Shown here piece by piece: positions 12,977 to 24,538 of a stretch of 53,138 nt of DNA (within the stretch, counting starts at the first letter, position 1; every line of letters begins with the position of its first letter). The notes beneath the pieces were generated by a model. That model ran no database searches and was not told where the DNA came from. It was given only the letters and a program-made list of their open reading frames with translations. The translations under genes were made by a program, and so were the position numbers. This DNA is from Sarea resinae (lineage: Eukaryota), in assembly GCA_026026165.1 (NCBI GenBank), contig JAPEUD010000108.1, positions 1 through 53,138 on the forward strand. Reading direction: 5' to 3'.

Positions 12977-13803
12977 TATTCGGGATATTGGCACTGTCGT
13001 GCTGCTGATCCTGTTCTGTTGATCAATGTACACTACGAAGTTCTGCAGGTACAAGTAAATTTCAGGAGTATCTCTTGATGGTTGGTAAAAAGATGTAAGA
13101 GGGGAGGACAAGCAGACAGTCATTAATCGTTGACTTCATAGATGACAAATGCAGCTTACTGCTCAACGCTTTGACTTCAAGTAGGCCAAAACCAATTGCC
13201 CCTTTTTATGTCTGCTTGGATGCTACGTATTACTGCAGCAGGCCGAGTCCTTCAATAATGCGGGAAAATTGCTCTATGTCTTTGAGTGCTTACATTGCTG
13301 TTATGATTTGCAGCAGCCAGATCCAGTAAACAGTAAACGGTCGAGAAAGTGACGCGATGCGGGGCTGGTCAGAGCTTCTCCAGATCGACGTAGAATACGA
13401 AGTACTCGCCAACTAAGTCCCTTCTGACCAAGCGTTGCCGCTAAGAGACTTCGAAGAAGAGTACACTGGTACCCTGTCTCCGTCTTATGTCCGTCGTCCA
13501 CAGCTCACTCTAAGCCAGCATGATATCTAAAGATCAGCATCATTCTATCGAGCAGGACACTTTCATTATCCTATTCACTCAGTAGACTATCTTTATGATC
13601 TAGAAAAAGCATGATGATTTATAACGCCATGTCTTTGCCACAAGCACACATCTTTACACTCCACTTTACGCCACTGAGATGTTGACCCTCGAGAAAGCGC
13701 CAAAGAGACTCGTATCGCCCATAACCATTGGTACAGCCGGAGGAAGGTGAGAGAAACAGATGGTATGCTACCCTGAACCTGCAGCGCAAATGAAGAGAAA
13801 ACA

Positions 13804-16800
13804 TCATCTCTTCTTCTTCGATTTGCTCTTGCTCTTCGCTGCGGTCCCCGTGCTCGAGGCGGACGTCACACTACCGGCCCGGGACGTAGAAGCGGAGGTG
13901 GCCTTGCTAGCACCAGCGGATTTCACGTTGTCCAGAGCTTTGTTCTATGGGGGAATAGCAGGTTAGCAAACATCGGGAAATAGGCGTAGAGCTGCCTCTT
14001 ACCTTGACACCATTTTTGGCCTTCTTTTTGACCGGAGCAACCTCTTCGTCTTCCACCTCCTCGAAGTCATCTCGCTCTCTACCACGATCTTTGCCAGACC
14101 CATTGACCACCTTGCCATCTCCTCCCTCGAACTCGCGTACGACAGTCGTAAGGAGGGTGGCACATCTCCGTCCAATTTCAACTGGCGTCCGACTCAGGAA
14201 GAACCAATCGAACCTGAATAAGGGAGACTCTCGAATCTCGTCTCTAATCTTGTCGTGGATGCCTTCGCTGTCCAATCCGAATCGATCAAGCATGACAAGC
14301 AAGAAGCGATCTTCTTCCTCTGTATAGACCTTCTTATTAGTAGTCGAGACAGAGTAATTAAGCTTGAGTTGTTGAAGCGGGACACGATACAGCTGCATCT
14401 TCTTTCGTAGCATCTTTCGCTGGTGGTTCATCTTCCTTGCCTTTTCTTCGCCGGCTTCAATGGTTGCAATGTATTTTGAATAATCCTGGATCTCTGGATA
14501 TCGGTCCCAGAAAACCTCGGCGTACTCGCGGATTTCCTCCTCAGTCTTGCTGCCTAGCTCTTCGGCGATGGCAGCGTAGTCATCACGGCCGTGCTTCGCC
14601 GAGGCATTAACAAACTGTTGGAAGTCACGACGGTTCCAATGCACAAAGCCATCTTCGGAAAGCTTGGCCTTCTCCTCCTGCTCCTCCTCCGTAAGGGGGG
14701 TTGCATTGTCAATTTCTTGTTGCTCCAGGTCGCGCTCTGCCTCTCGTTCCTCGAGATCAGCTTCATCACCGTCGGCCAAAGGCACCTTGTATCCAATCTC
14801 TTTACGGAAGTATGCAGTCTCCTTCTCCTGCAACTCAACCAACAACGAAGGGAAGAACTGATAGTCGTGTACCGCAACCTGTTTCGGGGCTCTTGGTGCT
14901 TTAGGTTTCTGCTCCGCCGTGCGTCCACCCGTGGACAGGGCTTGTCGGTAGTATTTATCCATCGAGTATGATTGCTCTTTCCTCTCGCGCTTCGCCGGAT
15001 TGATCCACGTGAGACCGATATCTTGCTTTGGTTTCGTGAAGTTCTCGCCGTTCCACTCGTATGCAGACTCAGACGTAAATTTCTGAAGGTCGTCGATTCC
15101 GAGCTTCTCGTATCGCGCATTCAGTTCAGCAGTCCTCTGTTCGCCCCGCTCAAGTATTTTTTCGAAATCATCTTCTGTGATCTCGTTGCCCGAAAGGGCC
15201 CCAGTGCCACCTTGAGACTGGAAGACCTTCTCCGCTCCATGCTGAATCATGCCAAGCAGCTCGTCCTTCGATGCGGCAGCCTTGGCCTGCTGCTGCGCGC
15301 GCCCTTGCTGGATGACGAGCTGGTCTAGGCGCAGCTTTTGGGCTGCACGCTCTAGGACCTTTTCTTCAATGGCGTTTTCGGTGACGAACCTATAGACGAC
15401 GACTTGCTTTGTCTGCCCAATTCTGTGCGCTCTGTCCATGGCCTGCAAATCGGCTTGCGGATTCCAGTCACTATCAAAGAGGATAACAATATCGGCACTG
15501 GTCAGGTTGATGCCCAGTCCACCAGCACGCGTTGTTAGCAGGAAAACAAATTTCTCGGAATCTGGTTTGTTGTAGTCGTCGATGGCAGCTATGCGATCTT
15601 CGTGAGCAGTAGAACCGTCGATTCGGCAGTATTGGAATTGGCGGAAAACGCAATAATCCTCCAGGATATCAAGCAGTCTGCTCATTTGCGAAAAGATGAG
15701 AACTCGGCTTCCTTGCTTCTTCATGCGTATCAGAAGTTTGTCGAGCATGACCATTTTGGCCGCATTGTAGACTAAATGCTCGTCGGTCGTGTAAGGTGGT
15801 CCAGGCTCGGCTCCCTCGAAGAGGTATGGATGATTGCAACACTTTCGGAGTTGCATCACAATGTTCAGAAGCCGTGTCTTTGATTCGCGTTTGCCACCAG
15901 CTCCATTGACAGCATCGATATCTTTTGAGAGAATCTTTTGATACCATTTCACTTGCATGTCAGACATGCCAATGTACAGGTTGACCTCTGCGAGATATTA
16001 GCATCGCACAATGTTCATCTGAGAAATACATACCTTTCTTGGGCAGCAGGCTTTTCTCCACGTCACTCTTTACTCGACGCAATAAGAAAGGTCTCAATAC
16101 TTTATGCAATTGCTGCACAACGGTATCCTGATCGGCACCCTGTCCGGAAAACCATTGATCGAAAGCCTCGGAATCTCCAAAGACATCCGGAAGGAGAAAG
16201 TTGAGCAGAGCCCAGAGCTCATGCAAATTGTTCTGCAGCGGAGTGCCGGTGATCAAAAGTCGATTGCGAGAATTAAAGACCCGAATGATTTGCGCGAGGG
16301 ATGACTCTTCATTTTTGATTCGATGAGCCTCATCGATGATGATGTACTCCCAGGCAAACTTTTTCAAATGCGCTTTCTCCCTCAAGATCATCTCGTAACT
16401 GGTGATGCACGCATCAAACTTCTCATCGATGAGTCTCTCGTTGATCAGCTGGTGACGCTCTTCCTTGGCTCCTTGCAATACTAGAATGTTGACTTCCGGC
16501 GTCCACTTCGAGAATTCTCTGTGCCAATTATCTAAAGTGGATTTTGGTACGACGATCAGATGAGGGCCGGTGATGCCGCAAATATGTCGGAGGTACCCCA
16601 AGAAGGCAATCGTTTGCAAGGTCTTGCCGAGACCCATCTCGTCGGCCAGGATTCCGGAAATACCGTTCTCGTGGAGAGAGATGAGCCAATTCAGACCTGC
16701 CACTTGATAATCTCTCATTTCGCCTCCTTTGACGAAGCCCGGCGACTCACGGAAGACAGTCTCTGCTGAGCCGCCCTGCTTCTCGTCTTTCAGAAGTTCC

Positions 16801-17543
16801 GCATCTTCCTCTTGCTCGGTCCTACGACGCCGTTCGCTCGCTGCCCCACCTTTTCGCCCTTGGGCCTTTGAGCGTTTTTCTTCTTCCTCATTTTGACGGT
16901 CAATCTCAGCCATGATCTCCCTGATTCTCGGATTGGGATTGGTTTCGATGAAATGACGAAACAGGTCGGTGAGACCTAGTAGGTATCGAAAACGACGGAT
17001 GGAATCATCTTCCTACATTGTTAAGTAAATTAGCATGTATTGATGGGCAGAAATGATGCGCGAGAAATATATACCTTGGACTCGTCGAGACGATTGTGTT
17101 TCTTTCCAAAAACACTCTTTCTCAGTTGTGTGGCCTCTGACCTACGCTTTCTCCCGTCTGCCGGCATGACCTCGCCCGCTACGCTGCTTGCCGTCGTATT
17201 GGGATTGGTGTCGGAGTCCTCCTATTAAGGGCGGTCAGTACGCGCTTCATTCACCGCTGGCATTGGACAGCGAGACGAGCACAGGGCTTGTTCATCGCCA
17301 AGGAAGCTTACGGTGTAATCAGGAGTGTCCTAGAAGACCAGATTAGTCCACTGCAATCTTGGATGACTTGATAGAGATCGAGACGGGTCTAGTTGGATCA
17401 TCGAGCTGGGAGCATACCATCATGTTCTCATCGCCGTCTCCAGCAGGGTGAGACCCTACGGGTTGCTCGTTGCTATCTGCCATGGGCGTATCCGCAGCAG
17501 ACGTGTCCTCCGTGTCAGACAGACGAGATCCATTAGCCGCCAT
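13804..17543 (-). CDS. ISW2: ISWI chromatin-remodelling ATPase, 6 exons
   Basis: Exons 17543-17418, 17329-17312, 17221-17075, 17012-16034, 15987-14003, 13944-13804. SNF2 motifs [14 protein letters not shown] and [11 protein letters not shown], then a HAND-SANT-SLIDE C-terminus. Confidence 0.96.
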
Positions 17544-18537
17544 CTCTCGCGGGCCTCCCCTAGAGGCTAGTCACGTCGGAACGAAGTTGGCGATTGAAGT
17601 GTATTGAGGGATTGGTAGATGTGCTCGTCGCGCTTTTTCAGATGCGTTGCCAGTCTCGCTAGGAGCGCTGAACGTATTGCATATGCTGCTGATGAGGAAG
17701 TGGGAGAGTACGTGAGAAGAAGTGGATATGGGAAGGGTGACGGGGCTGTATGAGAAGTGGTGGGTATGAGGAGTTCCAGATGGCAGACCCCGTTGGAAAT
17801 ATCTGGCGCCGCAGTCGCAGAAGAGCTGCAAGTAACGAGTACGCAGTAGCAGTAACAGCTGGAGCACGCGTAGATTAGAGATACGAAATACCTGGAGGCT
17901 TATGTAAGATGGATGTTGAGCGGGAAGAGACTCTGGGTACTTTGGCCATCGAGCGAAGAGCCGCGCAGATGGAAGTATTCATCCGTACTGCACGCGTTGC
18001 GACCTCTAACGACACGCGAGAGGGGCCATCTATGCAGGATTGGGCGTCAAGCTGCCCTGGAGAGCTCTACTACGGGAGTGCTACGTTCAGCTACAGGAAC
18101 CTTCCAAGGGCGCTGTTCGCTTCAGGGCTACTACTGCGCAGTACGGAGCCCTTTCGTACGCCAAGTGGGGGCGGCCCTGACTTTCGTTGTCTCTGCGTCA
18201 AGACGGTCGCCGGTCAGCTGCTTTGACTTCACCTCGAATTGCCATATCGCCATCAACAGTCACAGCGACTCGACGACACCGACCGCTTTCGGACTCTAGT
18301 ATACTCTCTCTCCATCTCTTGCAATCCAATTGTCTTCGTCTTTGTCTCCGTACCCGGTGACGCGCTGCATAGAGGCAGACGCAACAACTCCACTCCGTTT
18401 GGTTTTGGTCTTGTGGCCAGAATAACGTGAGTTCTCATTCCGCTCCATACAATACCTGAGACGGACCTGAGTCTAATTCGAGCCTTTCCAGTCAGCAGAA
18501 TTAGTCGAGTCTCCAGTAAGAGCCCCAAATTCCAGCC

Positions 18538-19389
18538 ATGGATTCGATGAGGTCCCTCAATACCTCTCTGCCCAACCCGTCCTCGCCCAATCCCCGGACG
18601 GCCCAGCCACCAGAACAACTGCTTCAGGCCTTCAAGTCTGCCGCACTCTCGGTGACGAACCTGTATAAGACAGCGGCATCAGACCAGGCTCGAGCACGTC
18701 AGTCTGGTTATCAGGAAGCGCTCGATGAGCTCTTGACCTTCCTCGACAAAGAAAATCTGGGGCTCGGTGACGGGGAAGGTTGGAGGGTTAGACGATGGGC
18801 TACCGAAAGACTGGATGGCACAGGACCCCACAACACGTCAGACAGTGATGACGAGCGGGAAACCATCGAGAAGCGAGCGAGAAGCTCTTCGCCAGTCATT
18901 CAACGGAAGCAAAGCGTTGATCTACGCTCCCGCCCTACCGTAAGATCCGAATCGCCAGTTCGAACCGACTCGGCTCCTCCTAGCATCCCTACTACTACGG
19001 TTTCTGCATCCCAGAACAGCGACATCACTTCGAGACCAGAGATATTTACCTTCCGATCGGCACACACGTATCCTCAAGATGCTACTATGGAGGGCTTAGA
19101 TCAGGATGGTAACGCTTCCGACGGTGCATCACAGCTTCCGACCCAGACCTCAAACGCTTCAACGCCTTCTGTGAGGGTGGAACTCGTTCCACGGCATTCA
19201 CGATCCGGCGTCAGACACAGCGTACACTCTAACAGGACAAGCGCTCGCTCCTCGGCTCCTTCCAGTGGTCTAGGTAACGGCGCGGGCTTCAAGAGGCGGA
19301 TACCTTTGGACGAGTTCTTCGATATTGGTAGCTTTGGCAACGGCAAGGATGGCTTCGGTGGTGGTGGAAAGAGAAGCCGTTTTACGTGA
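18538..19389 (+). CDS. Conserved hypothetical protein, HAPSTR1/YJR056C-like
   Basis: Intronless 283-aa ORF with N-terminal LLQAFKSAALSVTNLYK...GYQEAL, a disordered Ser-rich body and a basic C-terminus (FKRR...GKRSRFT). Confidence 0.75.
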   Translation: MDSMRSLNTSLPNPSSPNPRTAQPPEQLLQAFKSAALSVTNLYKTAASDQARARQSGYQEALDELLTFLDKENLGLGDGEGWRVRRWATERLDGTGPHNTSDSDDERETIEKRARSSSPVIQRKQSVDLRSRPTVRSESPVRTDSAPPSIPTTTVSASQNSDITSRPEIFTFRSAHTYPQDATMEGLDQDGNASDGASQLPTQTSNASTPSVRVELVPRHSRSGVRHSVHSNRTSARSSAPSSGLGNGAGFKRRIPLDEFFDIGSFGNGKDGFGGGGKRSRFT

Positions 19390-19882
19390 GGCAATTGCTA
19401 GAGGAACGGGTATTATTGACTTTCACACGACGAGCACGAGCACGAGCACGACGTCGACGATATGCACTTAACAAATGATCAGCATTTGTGGAGTTCCTCA
19501 GCGATTTCATCTTCGGACTTAGAGCGGAGAATGGCTACATTGCAAGGGCATAGCGAGGATCGGCTTCAGGCCGGCACGCCGCGCAGCGGGCACCCCAGCA
19601 CCGCTGATATAACTGTTGCTTTTTTTTCTTTGGGGTAATTAGAGGGCGAATGTATCTGCTTCTGCATCTTCTGCATCATTATAGTGTGGAGTGTTGAATT
19701 TGCGGCGCGTCTAAAGTGGAGTGTATATAGACATCTCAGCTAATTCAGGAGCGATATCAGTATGGCTTGAATGTTTTTCGAGGATATGTGCTTGCTCACT
19801 GTTCCCTTCTAAGAACCAAAATTACCCTAATCGAAACTCCCAACCCCCTAACGCCATGCTCATGCACCAGAGCTTCTTATGC

Positions 19883-20252
19883 TCAATTGATCAGCCGCCA
19901 GACGCCCATGCCCACCAGCATCGTAGCGATGCTTGCCAGGCCCGCCTTTCTAGAGCGCATCCCAAACATGGACCCGCTCTTGAGTATGGCAGCCTGCTGC
20001 TGTCGGAGTTGATGTTGACCGGAGAAGTAGCTGTAAGCCCCGAGGCCGATGAAAGCCGTACCCCCTTTTTCAGAAAAACAACGAGCATCAGCCAGACGCC
20101 GACAATGGCAGGTGGAAAAGAAGGACTGTTGAAGAGTCACCCGTACCTATTACTTTACACGGCAGGCAATCCTTGGGTTTGTCTTCGGCGAGTAACGTGT
20201 TGAGCTTCTCCGGCTGCTGCAGCTGGTAGAGGGTTGCGGCGTCTCGACTCAT
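19883..20252 (-). CDS. DUF4536 / DMAC1-like small membrane protein, 2 exons
   Basis: Exons 20252-20147 and 20064-19883. DCLPCKVIGGTAFIGLGAYSYF (CxxC plus TM helix) and a second TM helix ending GVWRLIN. Confidence 0.8.
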
Positions 20253-20570
20253 GCTGTGAAGCTGAGAGATATCTCTATTAAGTTGAGGGGAAATTAAAAT
20301 ATCGTTTGGTCTGGTCAAGGCGCCGAGGCGATCAACTGCCGTCTTCTCCCAGGAGCTGTTGAACAATCTTTGGTTGCGTTTTTGGAGTTCAAGAAGGTGG
20401 TTCTAGAACATGATGGTGTACGGCCAAACATAGAGACCTGAGGCGTCAAAACTATCTACACCCAATATTGTATCCATGGATGGTGGATGGGCTGTGACAC
20501 CGTCGCGGGGCAGTTTCCCAGCACAACAGATCCGTCCAGCTCCTCTCAGAGCTCAGTCAAGCCCCCCACC

Positions 20571-22553
20571 ATGAGCAATGCAATAGAGGCGCTCTACATT
20601 TACGACCAACACAAGTATGAAAGCAACCCTCCTTGCTGTCGCAGGATACTGACTGGTGACAGTACGCCTATCCTCGAACATGTCTACCGCGGCCGCCCAC
20701 TCTCCGCGCGCACCCTCCTCCCCCTCTACCTGAACCATCCCGACCCGCGGCCGTCCCTGATCTACCTCCCCAACACTGCGCCCTCCACTCTCGTCTTCTC
20801 GATCATCCACGCACAGCTCCTCTTCCTCTGCCCCTGCTCCAACGAGACCGAGCCCCTCTTCGTGCTTGAGTTCCTGCACCGCGTCGTCGATGCGCTCGAA
20901 GAATTCCTCGGCGCCCCTTTACTGGCGTCGAAGATCGAATCCTCGTACGACATCGTCGCGCAGCTGCTGAGCGAAGTCTGCGATGCCGGCAATGTCGCCA
21001 ATACGGAGCCGAACGCGCTCAGAGACGTCGTCGAGGTTCCTGGCTGGGTGAACAAGATCCTCGGCGGTGTTGTTGCCGGCCTTCCAGGCTCTTCTCCCTC
21101 TCTCCTCTCCTCGCAATCCTCTTCTTCTGGCGGCGGGCCTCTCTCATCTCTCTCCTCTGCCTCCTTACAAAATACCCCGGCCCTGCCCTGGCGTCGGGCA
21201 AACGTCCGGCACACCAGCAACGAGCTCTACGTCGACATCCTCGAGTCGCTCTCCGTCATCCTCGCGCCCTCGGGCCGTCCTCTCTCCGCGCTCGCGACAG
21301 GCAGTATCGCCTTCACGTCCAAGATCTCTGGGGTTCCGGACCTGCTGCTGACGCTGTCGTCGCCGGGCGGCGGCAAAGCCAACGTCGGGAATGTCGTCGA
21401 GCGGCCCGTGTTCCACCCGTGCGTGCGGCTGGCGCGATGGCGCGAGCGGCCGGGCGAGCTCAGCTTCGTGCCGCCAGACGGCCGTTTCGTGCTCTCTGCC
21501 TACGAGGTCAATCTCCTCCCCTCATTGCTCTCGTCGTCGAACCAAATCCCCAAGTCTCTGTCCTCGCACTCGCCCTATCCGAACCCGAATCTCTTCCTGC
21601 CGGCCACTGTGGAAATCGACACGCTCCTCGGGCCCAACGCCTCCGACTTTGAAGTCCGCCTCCTCCTCTCACCCTCCTTTGCCTCTTCCGCCGCAAACGC
21701 AAGCAGTTCCTCTTTCTCCTCTTCGTCGGCCGCGTTCGCCGCAGCCCGCAGCAGCAGCGGTGGCGGCGCCGGTATCAGCAATAGCGGTGGTGGCATTGGC
21801 ATCGGGGCCACAGGATCCTCGTCGCACCCGACGCTCGAAGAAATCTCCATCACGCTTCCGATCCCGCCCGGCGTCCGAAACATCACGGGCCTGCGGGCCA
21901 CGCGAGGAGACGCGCACTACAATCCGGGCGACAACGCAGTTGAATGGCGCGTGCCGTCCAAAGAAGCCTCGGCCAGCTCTCTTTCTACTGCTACCTCTGC
22001 TGGTGGGAGTAACGGGAGCAACATCGCCACACTCCGCGGCACGGTCGTCGGGCCCCTTTCCGACGACGATGACGACGAAGACGACGACGAAGATGAAGGG
22101 ACGGATAGTAATACGGCCCTGGCTCTCGCGGCAGCCGATCCCTACGACTACCCTGACACATACCAAGCCTCGTCCCAGACGTCCTCGTCTCTGCCCAGCA
22201 CCACCACCATCTCCCCAGCAGCAGAGAAAAAGTCGAAAAAGAAACACCGCAAACACGCCCCCTCCACATCTCTATCAACATCGACATTTCCCCCCCCAAC
22301 AACCACCACCAACACCAACACACCCCCCCACTCCCGCCATCCCACTTCAACGAAAACCGCCAAATACCGCCCCCTCATGCCCAGCGCCGCTCTCCTCTCG
22401 TTCCAGGTCCGCGGCTGGCTGCCCAGCGGCCTGCGCGTCGAATCTCTGGCCGTCAACCAGCGCGCCAGCCGCGGGCTCGGCGAGGCCGTGAGGCCGTATA
22501 AGGGCGTCAAGTATTTGACTGTGAGTCGGAGGGGCGTGGAGGCCAGGTGTTGA
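20571..22553 (+). CDS. APM3: AP-3 adaptor complex mu subunit
   Basis: CACC-ATG at 20571; intron 20615-20662. Motifs LEFLHRV, PWRR...HTSNELYVDILE, ISGVPDL, FHPCVRL..W, LSFVPPDGRF and PYKGVKY, with Ser/Thr-rich inserts. Confidence 0.92.
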   Translation: MSNAIEALYIYDQHKYESNPPCCRRILTGDSTPILEHVYRGRPLSARTLLPLYLNHPDPRPSLIYLPNTAPSTLVFSIIHAQLLFLCPCSNETEPLFVLEFLHRVVDALEEFLGAPLLASKIESSYDIVAQLLSEVCDAGNVANTEPNALRDVVEVPGWVNKILGGVVAGLPGSSPSLLSSQSSSSGGGPLSSLSSASLQNTPALPWRRANVRHTSNELYVDILESLSVILAPSGRPLSALATGSIAFTSKISGVPDLLLTLSSPGGGKANVGNVVERPVFHPCVRLARWRERPGELSFVPPDGRFVLSAYEVNLLPSLLSSSNQIPKSLSSHSPYPNPNLFLPATVEIDTLLGPNASDFEVRLLLSPSFASSAANASSSSFSSSSAAFAAARSSSGGGAGISNSGGGIGIGATGSSSHPTLEEISITLPIPPGVRNITGLRATRGDAHYNPGDNAVEWRVPSKEASASSLSTATSAGGSNGSNIATLRGTVVGPLSDDDDDEDDDEDEGTDSNTALALAAADPYDYPDTYQASSQTSSSLPSTTTISPAAEKKSKKKHRKHAPSTSLSTSTFPPPTTTTNTNTPPHSRHPTSTKTAKYRPLMPSAALLSFQVRGWLPSGLRVESLAVNQRASRGLGEAVRPYKGVKYLTVSRRGVEARC

Positions 22554-22559
22554 TTCCTT

Positions 22560-23516
22560 TTTGACTGGGTTGGGTTGTCGTGCTGGTTAGGGAGGGATGG
22601 GGTGGAAGGTGAAGGGTGAGGGGAAGAGGGAAGAGGAGAGGGGGGGAGGGGGAAAGGGCCTCAGCCACTACCTGCTGTGCTGGAAATAAGGCAAGACAAG
22701 GCATAGGCATAGAGATAGAGATAAGCATACATACATACATGCATACAGACATGCGTGCGTGAGTGCATGTCGATATTCCTACTATAGAAACCAAAAGACA
22801 TGAAGAGATCAAGAAGAAATCCCCCTAAAAAAGGTTCCAAGGGGTTGAAAGACAATAATAATAAACTCAAATGATCAAAAGAGGCTCTAGCATTTGGCTG
22901 TGTGTGGTTCACTTCTATATTATACTATTTTCCACGCTCTTCTATCTGAATCTCTCTCTCTTCTTGTGATCTGCTTTAGCTGTCCTGTCCCACTTTATCC
23001 TCTCCCCTTTGCTAGCCTGTCGTGTCCTTTCCTTCCTTTCCTGTCCTATCCTGTCCTGTCCTGTCCTATCCCGTCTTATCTGTTCTTATCTTATCCTATC
23101 TTATCTTCTCCTATCCTCTCTCACACTATGCTATTCTACCCTGTCGTCTAGTCTAGTCTAGTCCGGTCCTGTCTTCTTACCACTCACTTACCTTAAACAA
23201 GAACCATTTCCAGTAGAGTAGAGTAGAGTAGGACCACTACGAAAGACTAGGAACCCCCAGGACTAGGACCACTAGGACTAAGCTTGCCTGATATCATATA
23301 ATATCCTTCCTAGGTAAGGTAAGGTAAGGTAAGGTAGGTATGTTCTCTTTATCCTCTTGCTTGCTTGCTTGCTTGCTTGCTTGTTTGCTTGCTTGGTTGT
23401 TGTTATTGTTTAGCCTGTTTTTTTTTCTTTTTTTCCCTTGTACATGCCTGCCTACTCACTCTCTTTCTCTTGTTCTCTTACTCTCTCTCTCTCTTTTACA
23501 CACACACACACACACA

Positions 23517-23567
<51 letters not shown>

Positions 23568-24080
23568 TTACAAAGCTAGACTAAATTTCTCCGGATTTCT
23601 TTTTTTTTTTTAAAAAGTTTGATTTTTGTTTGATTTCTGTTGATTTTTGGAGGCAGGGAAGGAGGAGAAGGAGGAGAAGGAGGAGAAGGAGGAGAGTAAG
23701 ATGATATGGTCTATTAGATAGGCTGTCTAGTGTGATTTGATTTGTTTTGATTTGATTTAGGTGGGGTTAGGTTGAGTTGGGTTGATTTGCATTTGCATTT
23801 GGTTTGATATGATTTACTTAGTTCTCGATGAGAAGCAGAGACAGATGGACAGAAGGACGGAGACAGAGAGAGAGAGGTACAGCACTTCCTCTCAAGAGAA
23901 GAGACGGAGTGCGGGAGTATGTGAATATCGAGGCGGTGGCGAGGGCGAGGGAGGTGTGGAACGGGTAAGGAACAGGTAGGGAACAATATGAGGAAGGGAG
24001 GTGAAGAAGATGAATGGCAAGTCAGGCAGATCCCTCCCGCCCTCCCTCCAATCGGTGAAGTGATAAGTGGGACTGGGCGT

Positions 24081-24116
<36 letters not shown>

Positions 24117-24480
24117 CGGGTAGATGTCTGTCGTACTGAGGCAGTAATCATGGCCGGGCTCGGTGATTCGGGTGATTCGGGTGATCGTGGAGCCGATTGC
24201 GGTCGTCGGGAAGCGTGCCCGGTCTTACTTCCGAAAATCGTGCGGGCGGGAGGGCGGGTGATGTTACTCCTGAGAGAGAGAGAGAGAGAAGGGCAAAGGG
24301 AGAGATAGGCGGGAGAGAAAGAGTGGGACATTTGGTGCATGTAGTAGATTGTATGAGTGGTTTTGGAAGCGGTGGTGGTGAGGCGGGCACTTCAAGAGGA
24401 GTTGAGGGGTTTCGGGGAAAAGGAGGCAAGGGGATATGGGGATATGAGATGAGAAGTTTGAGAACGGAGAAGTAGTAGAA
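22560..24480. repeat. Microsatellite-dense spacer between convergent APM3 and ARP1
   Basis: Adjacent short arrays of (CATA), (CTGTC), (TCTTA), (CTAGT), (AGTAG), (TAAGG), (GCTT), (CA), (CT), (GAAGGAGGA), (GATT) and (GA). Confidence 0.9.
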
Positions 24481-24538
24481 CGAGGAAAAGGAAAAAGGAG
24501 ATGCAGGACAATATTCGTCGAGGACACGGATCAACCAA

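Noticed and set aside
13611..13680. Possible C/D-box snoRNA (ATGATGA...CTGA)
   Set aside because: No recognisable rRNA guide complementarity or D'/C' boxes; it lies antisense to the ISW2 3' region and the motifs are short enough to arise by chance.
10778..20252. Two complex I assembly-factor-like genes (NDUFAF2-like and DMAC1-like) within 10 kb
   Set aside because: They are separated by unrelated genes, with no evidence of a functional cluster.
21391..22491. 366-aa alternative-frame ORF within APM3, and similar shadow ORFs at 8089-8898
   Set aside because: A by-product of high GC3 and low complexity in real coding sequence.
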